From contig OX597843.1 in NCBI GenBank assembly GCA_951406725.2, positions 17,608,001-17,672,000 on the forward strand: a stretch of 64,000 nucleotides of DNA, in the 5' to 3' direction. The notes under the pieces are model-generated. The model saw only the letters and a program-made list of their open reading frames with translations. It was not told where the DNA came from and made no database searches. The position numbers and the translations under genes are program-made. Positions 25,965-39,203 of this stretch are shown here, in pieces. Within the stretch, counting starts at the first letter, position 1, and the number at the start of each line of letters is the position of its first letter. The stretch comes from Octopus vulgaris (lineage: Eukaryota).

Positions 25965-26350
25965 ACGCAAGATTGGCTGTGCGGTAAGAAGCTTGCTTCC
26001 CAACCACATGGTTCCAGGTTCAGTCCCATTGTGTGACACCTTGGGCAAGTGTCTTCTACTATAGCCTAAGGCCGACTAAAGCCTCATGAGTGGATTTGGT
26101 AGAGGGAAACTGAAAGAAGCCCGTCATATAGAAAATATATATATGCGTGTGTGTGTTTTTGTGTCTGTCTTTGTCCCCCACAATCGCTTGACTACCGTTG
26201 TTGGTGTGTTTACGTGCCGGTAACTTAGGTTTTCGGTAAAATATATCCGTAGAATAGATATCAGGCTTTAAAAAATTAATACTAGACTAAATTTGTTCGA
26301 TTAAACACTTCAAGGAGGTGCTCCAGCATGACCGTAATCCAATGAATGAA
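25965..26350 (+). mobile_element. Family B SINE, diverged
   Basis: Collinear with the family B consensus seen elsewhere in the window. Confidence 0.85.
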
Positions 26351-26657
26351 GCAAGCCAAAGATAAGAAATATTCTACTCTGGCCTGCACATACAACCTTG
26401 ACAAACAGAGACCCTAAAAACATTTTCCTTCCATTACTGCCGTACTGTTTTTATTAACATCTAGGTGAGTTTCTTTCTTCTTTTTTAGCGTATGATTAAC
26501 ATACTGTCGGTATTTCTCGGTATTTGTGTTTTAGAACATAATGCCGCGCTTGTGTCTTACTTGCTGCTCTGTCTATAAGCTCCATCATCGTTTCTTACGA
26601 AGCGGAGCTTAATGGGAATACCACAAAGTTTTAGTTCTATGTTTTCCTTTCCAGGAC

Positions 26658-27070
26658 CAGGCTGTGTGGTAAGTAGCTTGTTTACCAACCTCATGGTTCT
26701 GGGTTCAGTCCCACTGTGTGGCACCTAGGGCAAGTGTCTTCTACTATAGCTTCGGGCCGACCAAAGCCTTGTGAGTGGATTTGGTAGACGGAAACTGAAA
26801 GAAGCCCGTCGTATATATGTATATATATATATGTATGCGTGTGTGTGTTTGTGTGTCTGTGTTTGTCACCTTAGCATTGCTTGACAACCGATGCTGGTGT
26901 GTTTATGTCCCCGTTACTTAGCGGTTCGGCCAAAGAGATCGATAAAATAAGTACTGGGCTTACAAAAGAATAAGTCCCGGGGTCGAGTTGCTCGATTAAA
27001 GGCGGTGCTCCAGCATGGCCGCAGTCAAAAAATGACTGAAACAATTAAAAGAATAAAAGAATAAAAGAAA
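26658..27070 (+). mobile_element. Family B SINE
   Basis: Collinear; (TAAAAGAA)n tail. Confidence 0.9.
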
Positions 27071-28019
27071 AATGTTTGTGCCGTGACTTCACTACATTAT
27101 CATCTCTCCAAGTATGTTTTTTTTCACACGAAATGCATTTTGTCTCGCCAGAGCATGGCTTTTTTTTTAAAGCGTTCATGTTTTTGGCAAGGCAAAATAA
27201 TTACAAGATTGATCAATTATTGATAAATAAAATTTGATCATCATCATCGTCATGAGGATTATCATCATCATCATCATCACTGCGAACATCATCGTCATCA
27301 TCGCTATCATCAACACCTCTACCGCCACCACCGCCACCACTTCCATCACTCTTACCTTAATTATTAAACATCAATACCATTTTCACCATTAACACCACAG
27401 CCCCTGTCCACCACCACAATCATCACTTTCATTCTCACCATCACCATCACCATCATCATCATTGTCAACACCATCACCTGCAAACCTTCTATCAACACCA
27501 CCACCATAATCATCTAAATTATCATAATCATGATCATCATCATCATCATTATCAATACCGCTACCGTCGCCACCACCATCACCACCACTAAAACAACCAC
27601 CACCACCACCACCACCACCACCAACACCACCACCACTACAATTATCATCATCATTTATATCCTGACCAGCAACTACAATCACCACCACCGCCGCCGCCGC
27701 CACCGTCACCTGCACGAGCACCATCATCACCCGACTCCACCCGACTCCACCCCTCACCCTCACAAACCCCCACCATCACCCGCCCCGCCCCGCCCTACTC
27801 CGAACACAAGATGTCGTGTACAGGGCAATGAACTGTTGTAAATAAATGATCAGTTCTGGGTCTTTTTTGGGGCAGGTGGAATGAAGATGATTGGTTGGTG
27901 AGAGGGGTGGCGGGCGGAGGAAAGTCACTACCCGGCGGTGGATGCGATGGTGGCGGAGGTGGTGGTAGTGGTCATGACGATGATGATGATGGTACTCGTA
28001 GGGACGGTCATGCATAAAC

Positions 28020-28760
28020 ACACACGCATTTATGTACATATGTATATGCATGTGTGTGTGTGTGTGTGTGGATTACGTGAATATATCTATGTATATATGT
28101 CTGTATGTGCGTATGGATTATGTATGTGTGTTTATGGATGTATATATATGTCTGTATGTATGCATGCATTATGCAGGTATGGATGTATATATGTATGTGT
28201 GTATGTATGTATGTATGTATGCATGTATGTATGAATGTACGTATGTATATATGTATGTATGTAAAGTATGCATGTACATATGTATGTACGTATGTATGTA
28301 TGTATGTATGTATATATGTATGTATGTATATATGTATGTATGTATATATGTATGTATATATGTATGTATGTACGTATGTATGTATGTACGTATGTATGTA
28401 TGTATATATGTATGTGTGCATGTATGTATGTATGTATGTATGTATGTATGTATGTATGTATTATATATGTTTGTATATATATGTATATATCTGTGTATGT
28501 ATGCATGCATTATGCAGGTATGGATATATATATGTATGTGTGTATGTATGCATATATGTATGCATCCATGTATGCAAGTACGTGTGCATGTATGAATGTA
28601 TGTATGTATGTATGTATGTATGTATGTATGTATGTATGTATGTATGTATGTATGTATGTATGTACTATATGTATGACATGCACAATGTTGACAGTACTTT
28701 GAAGTATGCCAGTACGTATGTATGCGTATGTATGTATGAGAATATGTATTTGTACTGTAT
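28020..28760. repeat. Degenerate (TATG)n microsatellite
   Basis: Direct observation. Contains an internal duplication of TGCATTATGCAGGTATGGAT. Confidence 0.93.
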
Positions 28761-28925
28761 GTAAGTAGAGCAACTGTCAGGTTATTGTGAAATGTATGTA
28801 TGTATTAAGACTGAGTATAAAATGTACACACACACACACACACACACATATCTACATATATATACATATACATATATATATATATATATACATATATACA
28901 CGCAATCACACATACACACACATAT

Positions 28926-28965
<40 letters not shown>

Positions 28966-28969
28966 ATGG

Positions 28970-29356
28970 ATGGAAGCACTCCGTCGGTTACGACGATGAG
29001 GGTTCCGGTTGATCCGAATCAACGGAACAGCCTGCTCGTGAAATTAACGTGTAAGTGGCTGAGCACTCCACAGACACGTGCACCCTTAATGTAGTTCTCG
29101 GGGATATTCAGCGTGACACAGAGAGTGACAAGGCCGGCCCCTTGAAATACATGTACAACAGAAACAGGAAGTAAGAGTGGAGTGAGAGAAAGTTTAGGCG
29201 AAAGAGTACAACAGGGGTCGCCACCACACCCTGCCGGAGCCTCGTGAAGCTTTAGGTGTTTTCGCTCAATAAACACACACAACGCCCGGTCTGGGAATCG
29301 AAACTGCGATCCTCCGACCGCGAGTCCGCTGCCCTAACCACTGGGCCATTGCGCCT

Positions 29357-29360
<4 letters not shown>
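28970..29360 (-). mobile_element. Family C SINE, full length
   Basis: Collinear with 53455-53831 on the opposite strand. Confidence 0.9.
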
Positions 29361-29392
<32 letters not shown>

Positions 29393-30666
29393 CTTACGTT
29401 TTTACCAATATATATATACATATACACATATATACACACACACATATATATACATAAATATACACATATACACACACACACATATATATATATATATACA
29501 TATGCATATATACATATACACGCACACACATATGTATACACATATATACATACACACACACACAGACATACCACACACACGTCCTCGCATAAGCATACAT
29601 TGATATATTTTCGTCAGCCATCTTGTTAATAGTCAACATCAGTCACGAGATGTCATGGAAAACGTTTGATTGGTCAACATGCAGGTTTTCCCTTCCCTCA
29701 TAAAGTTAATGTTTACGAAGGAGACACACACGCAGACACACGACGGCCGTTATAGCACTTTGAACAGACCTTACTAAATACTAACTCGTCACAGCTGATG
29801 TGTTTGGAGAAAGCAGTCGGGCCTTCTAGGAGTTCGCTATGCGATAATAAAGTTTTGCGTTAAACTGGACAAAAAGCGCTACAAACTGCTTACGGATTCA
29901 CTTTTCTACTGGTAAAAGAGATCCAAGTACAGGAGAGAATAGGTAATAGAATGAGGAGGACACCAGGACATCAAAGCTGGTTGAGAAAATCTGCAATTTT
30001 CTCGATGAAGACCGTTGTGTGTCTATCTTATAATAATTCTGCTTGTCACTGCGTTACTTCGCCCGTCGGTTACGTTTTCACGTGATTAGAGAAATAGAAG
30101 GAGAAAGAAAACGAGGGATGAGGAAAAGAGAAGCGTCCACAACGTGAGGTTGAGGGAATGTAATTGTAACGCTTTCGTGTGACGAGTTGAAGGAAAAGAG
30201 AGGCGAAAGCAAACAGAGAGAAAGAGGATAAGGTGAAGAGGATGAAAGAAAAAGGAGAGAGAAGCGTCCATGGCGTGAGGTGGAGAGGAACGTAATATTT
30301 ATTACGTGGTTAAAAATGTTAGCTGGATAAAGAGGACGGAGAATTAAAAATATAATTTTAGCTGAGGGGCGATGTTCTGATGGTGAGGCTAAAGAAAAGC
30401 AGAGAGGAAGAGAGAGGAGGGAGAGAGATGATGGTGGTGATTGGATAGTGAAAAGTGTATTTTTAAAAATTGAACTATATCGCATGCGCATAAGTGTAAT
30501 TCCGTGAAATATTCACGCTTATTTACATGACAGATATATTCAATTTAACTAAAACTTGTATCATATTTACGGGATATTTTGGAAAAATAAAAGTAAATAC
30601 TTATTTTAAGAGTGTTGTACATTAAGTCTATGAAATTGTGCATAAAGAATATAAAGTGTATATATA

Positions 30667-31080
30667 AGGCGCAGGAGTGGCTGTGTGGTAAGTAGCTTGT
30701 TTACCAACCTCATGGTTCTGGGTTCAGTCCCACTGCAGGGCACCTTGGGCAAGTGTCTTCTACTATAGCCTCGGGCTGACCAAAGCATTGTGAGTGGATT
30801 TGGTAGACGGAAACTGAAAGAAGCCCGTCGTATATATGTATATATATATGCGTGTGTGTGTTTGTGTGTCTGTGTTTGTCCCCCTAGCATTGCTTGACAA
30901 CCGATGCTGGTGTGTTTATGTCCCCGTCACTTAGCGGTTCGGCAAAAGAGACCGATAGAGTAAGTTTTGGGCTTACAAAAAAGAATAAGTCCCGGGGTCG
31001 AGTTGCTCGATTAAAGGCGGTGCTCCAGCATGGTCGCAGTCAAATGACTGAAACAAGTAAAAGAGTAAGAGTAAGAGTAT
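30667..31080 (+). mobile_element. Family B SINE, full length
   Basis: Intact head to (GTAAGA)n tail. Confidence 0.9.
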
Positions 31081-31379
31081 AAAATGCCTCAAGTAATCAT
31101 CATAGTCCGTTTTCTTTCATTTTTCAATGGTTAACAGATGAGCGAGTATCTTTCCACTCAGATACAACGATGGCTGCGCTTCCAGATTTTATGGATAAGT
31201 TTTCAGAAATGACTCAATATTCACGGGTCCCGCTACCAAAAAAAATAAGGATACGGTTTGGACTTGGTTTGATGGCTGTGCACAGAATTATTTATGACGA
31301 TCTGAACACGGGCATAATTTGCGCAAAGTTTCGTCTCAGGGAGCTCAGTGCTGAGTGTCCTGGTGACCATATCCTTGGC

Positions 31380-31733
31380 CGTTGCGTTCCGAGTTCAAAT
31401 TCCGCCGAGGTCGACTTTGCCTTTCATCCTTTCGGGGTCGATTAAATAAGTACAAGTTATGCTCTGGGGTCGATATTATCGACTTCATCCGTTTGTCTGT
31501 CCTTGTTTGTCCTCTCTGTGTTTATCCCCTTGTCGGTAGTAAAGAAATAGGTATTTCGTCTGCTGTTACGTTCCGAGTTCAAATTCCGCCGAGGTCGACT
31601 TTGCCTTTCATCCTTTCGGGGTCGATTAAATAAGTACCAGTTACGCTCTGGGGTCGATATAATCGACTTCATCCGTTTGTCTGTCCTTGTTTGTCCTCTC
31701 TGTGTTTAGCCCCTTGTGGGCAATAAAGAAATA
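31380..31733 (+). mobile_element. Family A SINE dimer, both units headless
   Basis: Two units joined by AAAGAAATA-GGTATTTCGTC at ~31550. Confidence 0.85.
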
Positions 31734-32049
31734 CATATCCTTGACAGAGATGAACATCAAAACTCTTCCTCACACTACTACCATCCAGACATTGCTCCTT
31801 GACACTTTCAGTTGCTCCCCAAGCTAAGGGAGAGCTGCAAAGGGAGTCGTTTCGAAAATGAAGGGGGCTGTAGCAGAGGTTCTGGACACATGCATCGTGA
31901 GGGGTTTCCATGGGGTCCTTCGCGAAGTGACTGGAGTGCTACAAGTGCATTGAAGTCAGAAAACCCTACTTCGAAGGAGATCTGAGTTTAGTATTTCTTT
32001 GAAATTAATAAATACTTATCCAGAAAAAGGTTTAAAACTTCTGAAATGC

Positions 32050-32093
<44 letters not shown>

Positions 32094-32097
<4 letters not shown>

Positions 32098-32449
32098 GCG
32101 GTTTTTTCAATTGCATGTCAGAGAGAGACGGAATAAACTACCTGCATCAACTTGCTATAAAAGCAGGTTGTAATTTTACCCTGTCCTTATTCTTAGTGCA
32201 AGTTTTGAAGAGTGCAGTTCAATTTTAACAGTTATTTTTTTGATGTTAGAATAGAAGTGACAAAGGACCCTATTTGGGCATATTTTGCTTTGCGTGGCTG
32301 TGTGGTAAGTAGCTTGCTAATCAACCACATGGTTCCGGGTTCAGTCCCACTGCGTGGCATCTTGGGCAAGTGTCTTCTACTATAGCCTCGGGCCGACCAA
32401 AGCCTTGTGAGTAGATTTGGTAGACGGAAACTGAAAGAAGCCTGTCGTA

Positions 32450-32508
<59 letters not shown>

Positions 32509-32957
32509 ATGTGTGTGTGTCTGTGTTTGTCCCCCTAGCATTGCTTGACAACCGATGCTGGTGTGTTTACGTCCCCATCACTAGCGGTTCGGCAAAAAGA
32601 GACCGATAGAATAAGTACTGGGCTTACAAACAATAAGTTTGAATGGGAAACGATGCCCCACCCACCATATTCGCCGGACATTTCCTTATCTGATTATCAG
32701 TTATTCCGCAGTCTTCAAAATCATTTGGACGGAAAAAAGATGAATTCTGTAGACGAGGTCAGAACAGTACTGCAGGAGTATTTTTCGTCACGGACGAGCG
32801 AATTTTGGAAGAGGGGCCTTTCAGGTCTACCAGAGAGATGGGAGGACATTGCAGAAAATGAAGGAGAGTATAGTTTAGATTAAAAGAAAACTTTATCTTA
32901 ATTGTGAAGAATAAGAGAAGTATAAAATAACCGCATTATTTGTGGGATGACCCAACA
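32094..32957 (+). mobile_element. Internally deleted mariner (same family as 5660-6618) with a family B SINE in place of the middle
   Basis: Left end ATAATGCGG is complementary to right end CCGCATTAT. The 3' part ETMPHPPYSPDISLSDYQLF...ENEGEYSLD is nearly identical to 6320-6555. SINE at 32293-32630. Confidence 0.85.
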
Positions 32958-32986
32958 TTATATATATATAACTTTGCTCTCATACC

Positions 32987-33038
32987 GTCTCCGATGAAGG
33001 GATATCATTTATAAATATTCAAGAAACAGCTATAAGAC
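32987..33038 (+). ncRNA. Decayed type-I hammerhead-like motif in a ~120 bp insert between (TA)n tracts
   Basis: GTCT-CCGATGA-A-GGGATAT...ATATTCAA-GAA-ACAGCTAT-A-AGAC: stem I GTCT/AGAC, near-palindromic stem III (one change from ACAGCTGT). Confidence 0.5.
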
Positions 33039-33087
33039 CTATCTATAAATTCTCCAATACCTTGTTTTTTTAAAAATCTTATTAGTT

Positions 33088-33141
<54 letters not shown>

Positions 33142-33142
33142 C

Positions 33143-33198
<56 letters not shown>

Positions 33199-33332
33199 CC
33201 GTTTGTAAAGTGACAGAGGGCACTAATAAGCACCAGCATTGCTAGAAATAAAAGTCAAAACAACTCCATAGCCACCCATATTATATATATACATATGCAC
33301 ACGCACACATATATATAGATACATATATACAT

Positions 33333-33383
<51 letters not shown>

Positions 33384-33759
33384 AATAAATATATATATAT
33401 ATATATATATAAATACATACACACATATTTATATTTATATGTTCATATTTATATGTGTGTGTGTGGTTCACAGATGAAATCCAGAGAGTCTCTCCTCCGT
33501 ATAGAAGACACTTCGTAGTGCTCAAAAAAGATTCAGACTTAGACTTCGATGTCGTTAAAGGGGATTGGTTCCAAAAGGTAAAGAAAGTTGAGCGGGCATA
33601 GGAGCAATTATGGGGATAAACAAACTAGACACAATCAAATATATTAAACACATCAACCACAAAACATGTATAAGTGCATTCATGCAAAATAGAGGGAAAA
33701 GAAGCTACTGGCTTTGTAATGCTCCATTCAAATGTTGCCCTTATGGCAAAATAATGATA

Positions 33760-34160
33760 ATAATCCTTTTTACTATAGGCACAAGGCCTGGAATTTTGTG
33801 GGAGGAGACTAGTCGATTACGTCGACCCTAATGCTTCACTGGTACTTAATTTATCGACTCCGAAAGAATGAAAGGCAAAGTCGACCGCGGCAGAATTTGA
33901 ACACAGAACGTAAAGACGGACGAAATACCTATTTCTTTACTACCCACAAGGGGCTAAACACAGAGAGGACAAACAAGGACAGACGAATGGATTAAGTCGA
34001 TTATATCGACCCAGTGCGCAACTGGTACTGATTTTATAGACCCCGAAAGGATGAAAGACAAAGTCGACCTCGGCGGAATTTGAACTCAGAACGTAGTGGC
34101 AGACGAAATACGGCTACGCATTTCGCCCGGCGTGCTAACGTTTCAGCCAGCTCGCCGCCT
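33760..34160 (-). mobile_element. Family A SINE heterodimer (two tail subtypes)
   Basis: Unit with head (33930-34160) joined at AAAGAAATA-GGTATTTCGTC to a headless unit with a different tail (CAGGCCTTGTGCCTA..AAAGGATTAT, also seen at 35280-35470). Confidence 0.8.
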
Positions 34161-34183
34161 AAGTAGTAGTAGTAGTAGTAGTG

Positions 34184-34240
<57 letters not shown>

Positions 34241-34579
34241 ATGATTCTTGCTGTAATCATTATAATTATGTTTATATTTGTGCATTTATAATGCAATTAT
34301 GCAATTTGTAAATATTTTCTTTATTATTTCCACTCCGCGTAACACTTGCCCCCCCCACCCCCAATCGTTCACCCTCTCCCCCATTTCATCCCCCTAATCC
34401 TATCCCCCACCCCACAACCATCTACTCCTTCATTCTATTGTTTCTCTTATCGTCAACCTTTCTATTGTCCTCTGCCTTTTGTCAGGGGCCGCTACCATTC
34501 GGTCTTCGGTTATTGTGATCTAACATCACTGTTGTTGTTGTTGCAGCCGTTCTTCTTCAGCTATTATCCTCCTCCTCTT

Positions 34580-34848
34580 CATTATTATTATTGTTATTAT
34601 TATTATTATTATTATTATCATCATCATTATTATTATTATTATTATTATTATTGTTGTTGTTGTTGTTATTATTGTTGTTGTTGTTATTATTGTTATTATT
34701 ATTATTGTTGTTGTTGTTGTTATTATTATCATTGTTATTATTATTATTATTATTATTATTGTTGTTGTTGTTGTTATTATTATCATTGTTATTATTATTA
34801 TTATTATTATTATCATCATCATTATTATTTTCTTTTTTCTCTTCTCTT

Positions 34849-34899
<51 letters not shown>

Positions 34900-34903
34900 G
34901 TCG

Positions 34904-34949
<46 letters not shown>

Positions 34950-34950
34950 T

Positions 34951-35039
<89 letters not shown>

Positions 35040-35045
35040 CATTAT
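34580..35045. repeat. Compound (TAT/TGT/CAT)n trinucleotide microsatellite
   Basis: Direct observation; source of the poly-Y/L/I/N/M ORFs. Confidence 0.97.
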
Positions 35046-35499
35046 TACCGTTTATGGTTTCCTTTAATTTTAACTTTATTTCAGCTGCCCCTTAGTACCG
35101 GGCATCCCCCAGAGGCCAAGAGTAACAAGGGCACATTCGGTTTTGCTATGCGTGCTAAAATTATCACCACATTTATTCCATATTAGATGGCGAGTGCTTT
35201 CCGTAGTCTATGGGCTGGACCCATCAAGGTTATCTTTTGTAGCTGACGGAGATTGGAGTTACCAGAGAGGCTGTTGTTGAGCTAGCCCAATCGTTAGCAC
35301 ACCGGGCAAAATGCTTACCGTTCTGAGTTCAAATATCGCCGAGGTCGACTTTGCCTTTCATCCTTTCGGAGTCGATAAATTAAGTACCAATAACACACTG
35401 GGGTCGATGTAATCGACCGGTGCCCTCTTCCAAATTCCAGGCCTTGTGCCTATTGTAGAAAGGATTATTATTCAAAAGAAATCATCATCATCATAATCA

Positions 35500-35551
<52 letters not shown>

Positions 35552-35597
35552 CATTATTATTATTATTATTATTATCATTATTATTATTATTATTATT

Positions 35598-35636
<39 letters not shown>

Positions 35637-35674
35637 ATTATTATTATTATTGTTATTATTATTATTATCATTAT

Positions 35675-36230
35675 TGAGTGAGAGAGCAGTGCATGCCATC
35701 AAAGTGACACTGAGGTAAAAATAAACGAAGCCCAATATACCCATCATGACTACCCGTCTGATAAGAGTACACCAGGCACATGCATCAAAACCACATGTGC
35801 ATGACATGATATCATATCAAAATAAACGGCGCATGACCTTGCAGGTGGGGCCCAGTTAGAATTTTCTTCTGGTTGAGTAACCGATCCCGCTCAAAAGGTC
35901 CCCGAATAAGGATTGTTTAAGGATGTTGAAAGAAACACCCATGTTTCCAGAGGTGAATTATTCAAACCCCAAAGAATCCTTCTCAACACATGGCTATGAT
36001 GCTCCCCCACTACTTCTGCTCGTGATCAGAGATGCACATATCGTCAGCCACTAAGGGACATGCTCAACTGGTTAAGGTCAAACAACTGACAAGCAAATCT
36101 GTGGTATTGAGCAGAATATTTGCTGTAGCTCATATTTTATACCAAGACAAATCAATGTACATGATAACACTTCCAATCAATTAAGATCAGAAGCCATGAG
36201 AGCCACTGCTTGGTACTGCATCAGGGCATT
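35675..36230 (-). mobile_element. ~550 bp non-coding element in (TAA)n, copy 1
   Basis: Highly similar to 36244-36783 and 44528-45086; bounded by (TTA)n on both sides. Strand is inferred from a putative (AAT)n tail. Confidence 0.8.
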
Positions 36231-36243
36231 TATTATTATTATT

Positions 36244-36779
36244 GAGTGAGAGAGCAGTGCATGCCATCAAAGTGACACTGGGGTAAAATATACGAAGCCC
36301 AATATACCCATCATGACTACCCGTATGATAAAGGTACACCAGGCACATGCATCACAACCATATGTGCGCGACATGGTGATCTCATATCAAGATAAACAGC
36401 ACATGACCTTGCAGGTGGGGCTCAGTTAGAATTTTCTTCAGGTTGAGTAGCCCATCCCGCTCAAAAGGTCTCTGAATAAGGGTTGTTTAAGGATGTTGAA
36501 AGAACCACCCATGTTTCCAGAGGTGAATTATTCAAACCCCAAAGAATCCCCCCAACACATGGCCATGATGCTCCCCCACTACTTCTGCTCGTGATCAGAG
36601 ATGCACATATCGTCAGCCACTAAGGGACATGCTCAACTGGTTAAGGTCAAACAACTGACAAGCAAATCTGTGGTATTGAGCAGAATATTTGCTGTAGCCC
36701 ATCTTTTATACCAAGACAAAACAATGTACATGATAACACTTCCAATCAGTTATGATCAGAAGCCATGAGAGCCACTGCC

Positions 36780-36783
<4 letters not shown>
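36244..36783 (-). mobile_element. ~550 bp element, copy 2 (tandem, slightly truncated)
   Basis: Separated from copy 1 by a short (TTA)n; lacks the last ~17 bp. Confidence 0.8.
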
Positions 36784-36847
<64 letters not shown>

Positions 36848-36885
36848 ATTATTATTATCATTATTATTATTATTATTATTATTAA

Positions 36886-36928
<43 letters not shown>

Positions 36929-36948
36929 ATTATTATTATTATTATTAT

Positions 36949-37036
<88 letters not shown>

Positions 37037-37065
37037 ATTATTATTATTATCATTATCATTATTAA

Positions 37066-37132
<67 letters not shown>
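36784..37132. repeat. (TAA)n switching to (TTA)n microsatellite
   Basis: Direct observation. Confidence 0.97.
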
Positions 37133-37955
37133 TCTCGACTGAAAGACAATGATAGCAGTACTTGTGACAGACGTTGGTGGTGATGGCTGAGCTGAACTGA
37201 AGTGGTGGTGGTGTTTGTGATAGTATAGGCTGTTGTGGTGGTGGTTGCCGTTTGGTGGGTGTTCATTTTGGGGCGGCATTGACAGTGATGATGGTTACAT
37301 TGTCGTGATGTTCGTAGTGGCAGTTTGAGGATTGTTATTAAAAGGTGGTGGCGGTGGTAGTGGTGGTCCTCGTCATATTGTTGTTGTTGTTGTTGGTGGT
37401 GGTGTTTATGAAAATTACTTTTGCAGTTATTGTTGTGGTAGATGGTGGCGTTGGTGGCGGCACCAATGGCTGCTTTTGTGGGGGAATTAAGGTAGGGTTT
37501 GTGTGAGGAGAGATCTCATGCGGATGTGGGGTCGGGGTGGACGTTGGTGTTGGTGATAGTAGTGGTTGAGGGAGTTGTTGTAAAGATGCTCGGGCAGGTG
37601 GAGTTATTGGGGTGGGTAGTGAAAGGTGATGGCGGTGGTGCAGATAGTGTTGTTTTTGGTGGTGAGAGTGGTAGTAGTGGTGGTGTTAGTAGTGCTTGTG
37701 GTACTTGTAGCCGTGGCAGCTGTTGTTGTTGTGGTAGTGGTGGTGATGGTGTTCCGACACACACAAACTAAAACTACGCCGCAACCACCACCACATCCAC
37801 CACCATCGCCTCCATCTCCACTAGAATGAGTACAAAGCTTAAAAATACGTCCTGCTGTCGATTTCTTCAACTAAAAAACCATTTAAGGCGGTGCTCCAGC
37901 ATGGTCGCAGTCAAATGACTGAAACAAGTAAAAGAATAAAAGAATACACATAGAT

Positions 37956-38305
37956 GCACGCACACACGCACACACACTCACACACGCACAGACACTCACA
38001 CACGCACAGACACTCACACACGCACACACACTCACACACACACTCACACACGCACACACACTCACACACGCACACACACTCACACACGCACACACACTCA
38101 CACACGCACACACACTCACACACACACTCACACACGCACACACACTCACACACGCACAGACACTCACACACGCACACACACTCACACACACACTCACACA
38201 CGCACACACTCACACACACACACTCACACACGCACACACACGCACACGCACACAAACACGCACACACACGCACACACGCACACACACTCACACATTCACA
38301 CACGC
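37956..38305. repeat. Higher-order CA minisatellite (18 bp unit CACACACGCACACACACT with 12 bp variants)
   Basis: Periodic G and T interruptions; the minus-strand ORF reads (CACVSV)n. Confidence 0.9.
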
Positions 38306-38536
38306 ATACAGATATATTTATATATAAACACATATATAGACTATATATAGGAGCCAGCGTATAAGGTTACATTCTAGGGTTTGACCTTGCAGAAATAGCA
38401 GCCAAATCTCCTTCTAATCAAGTCTTAGTGTTTTATGTATGAAGGCAATGAAGGGGATCCGTACATGGCAGTTATATATTCATATTTATCTATATATAGT
38501 ATTATACATACGCGCGCGCACCCCCACACGTGTGTC

Positions 38537-38641
<105 letters not shown>

Positions 38642-38677
38642 GCCTTCGTCTTTTGTTTATTTTCATAAAGCTTCCCG

Positions 38678-39024
<347 letters not shown>

Positions 39025-39203
39025 TATACATACAAACACACATACATATATATATGTATGTGGCAGGTTTCCACACAGTTTCCACCTACCAAATAGTTCA
39101 CTCCCAAGCATGAGATTATAGTGGAAGACATTTGACCGAGGCACTACACAGGACCGAACCCGAAATCTTGTGGTTAAAAGCAACCTTCTTACCACACAGC
39201 TAC

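Larger units (their letters stand above)
29820..32056 (+). mobile_element. Old mariner transposon broken into three pieces by later insertions
   Basis: ~29830-30025: IKFCVKL...KLVEKICNFLDEDRCVS. ~31250-31355: FGLGLMAVHRIIYDDLN..ICAKF. ~31735-32056: LTEMNIKTLPH...HPDIAP...LPKL...CIEV..YFEGD and a TIR-like end ATGCACCTTATA. Confidence 0.7.
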
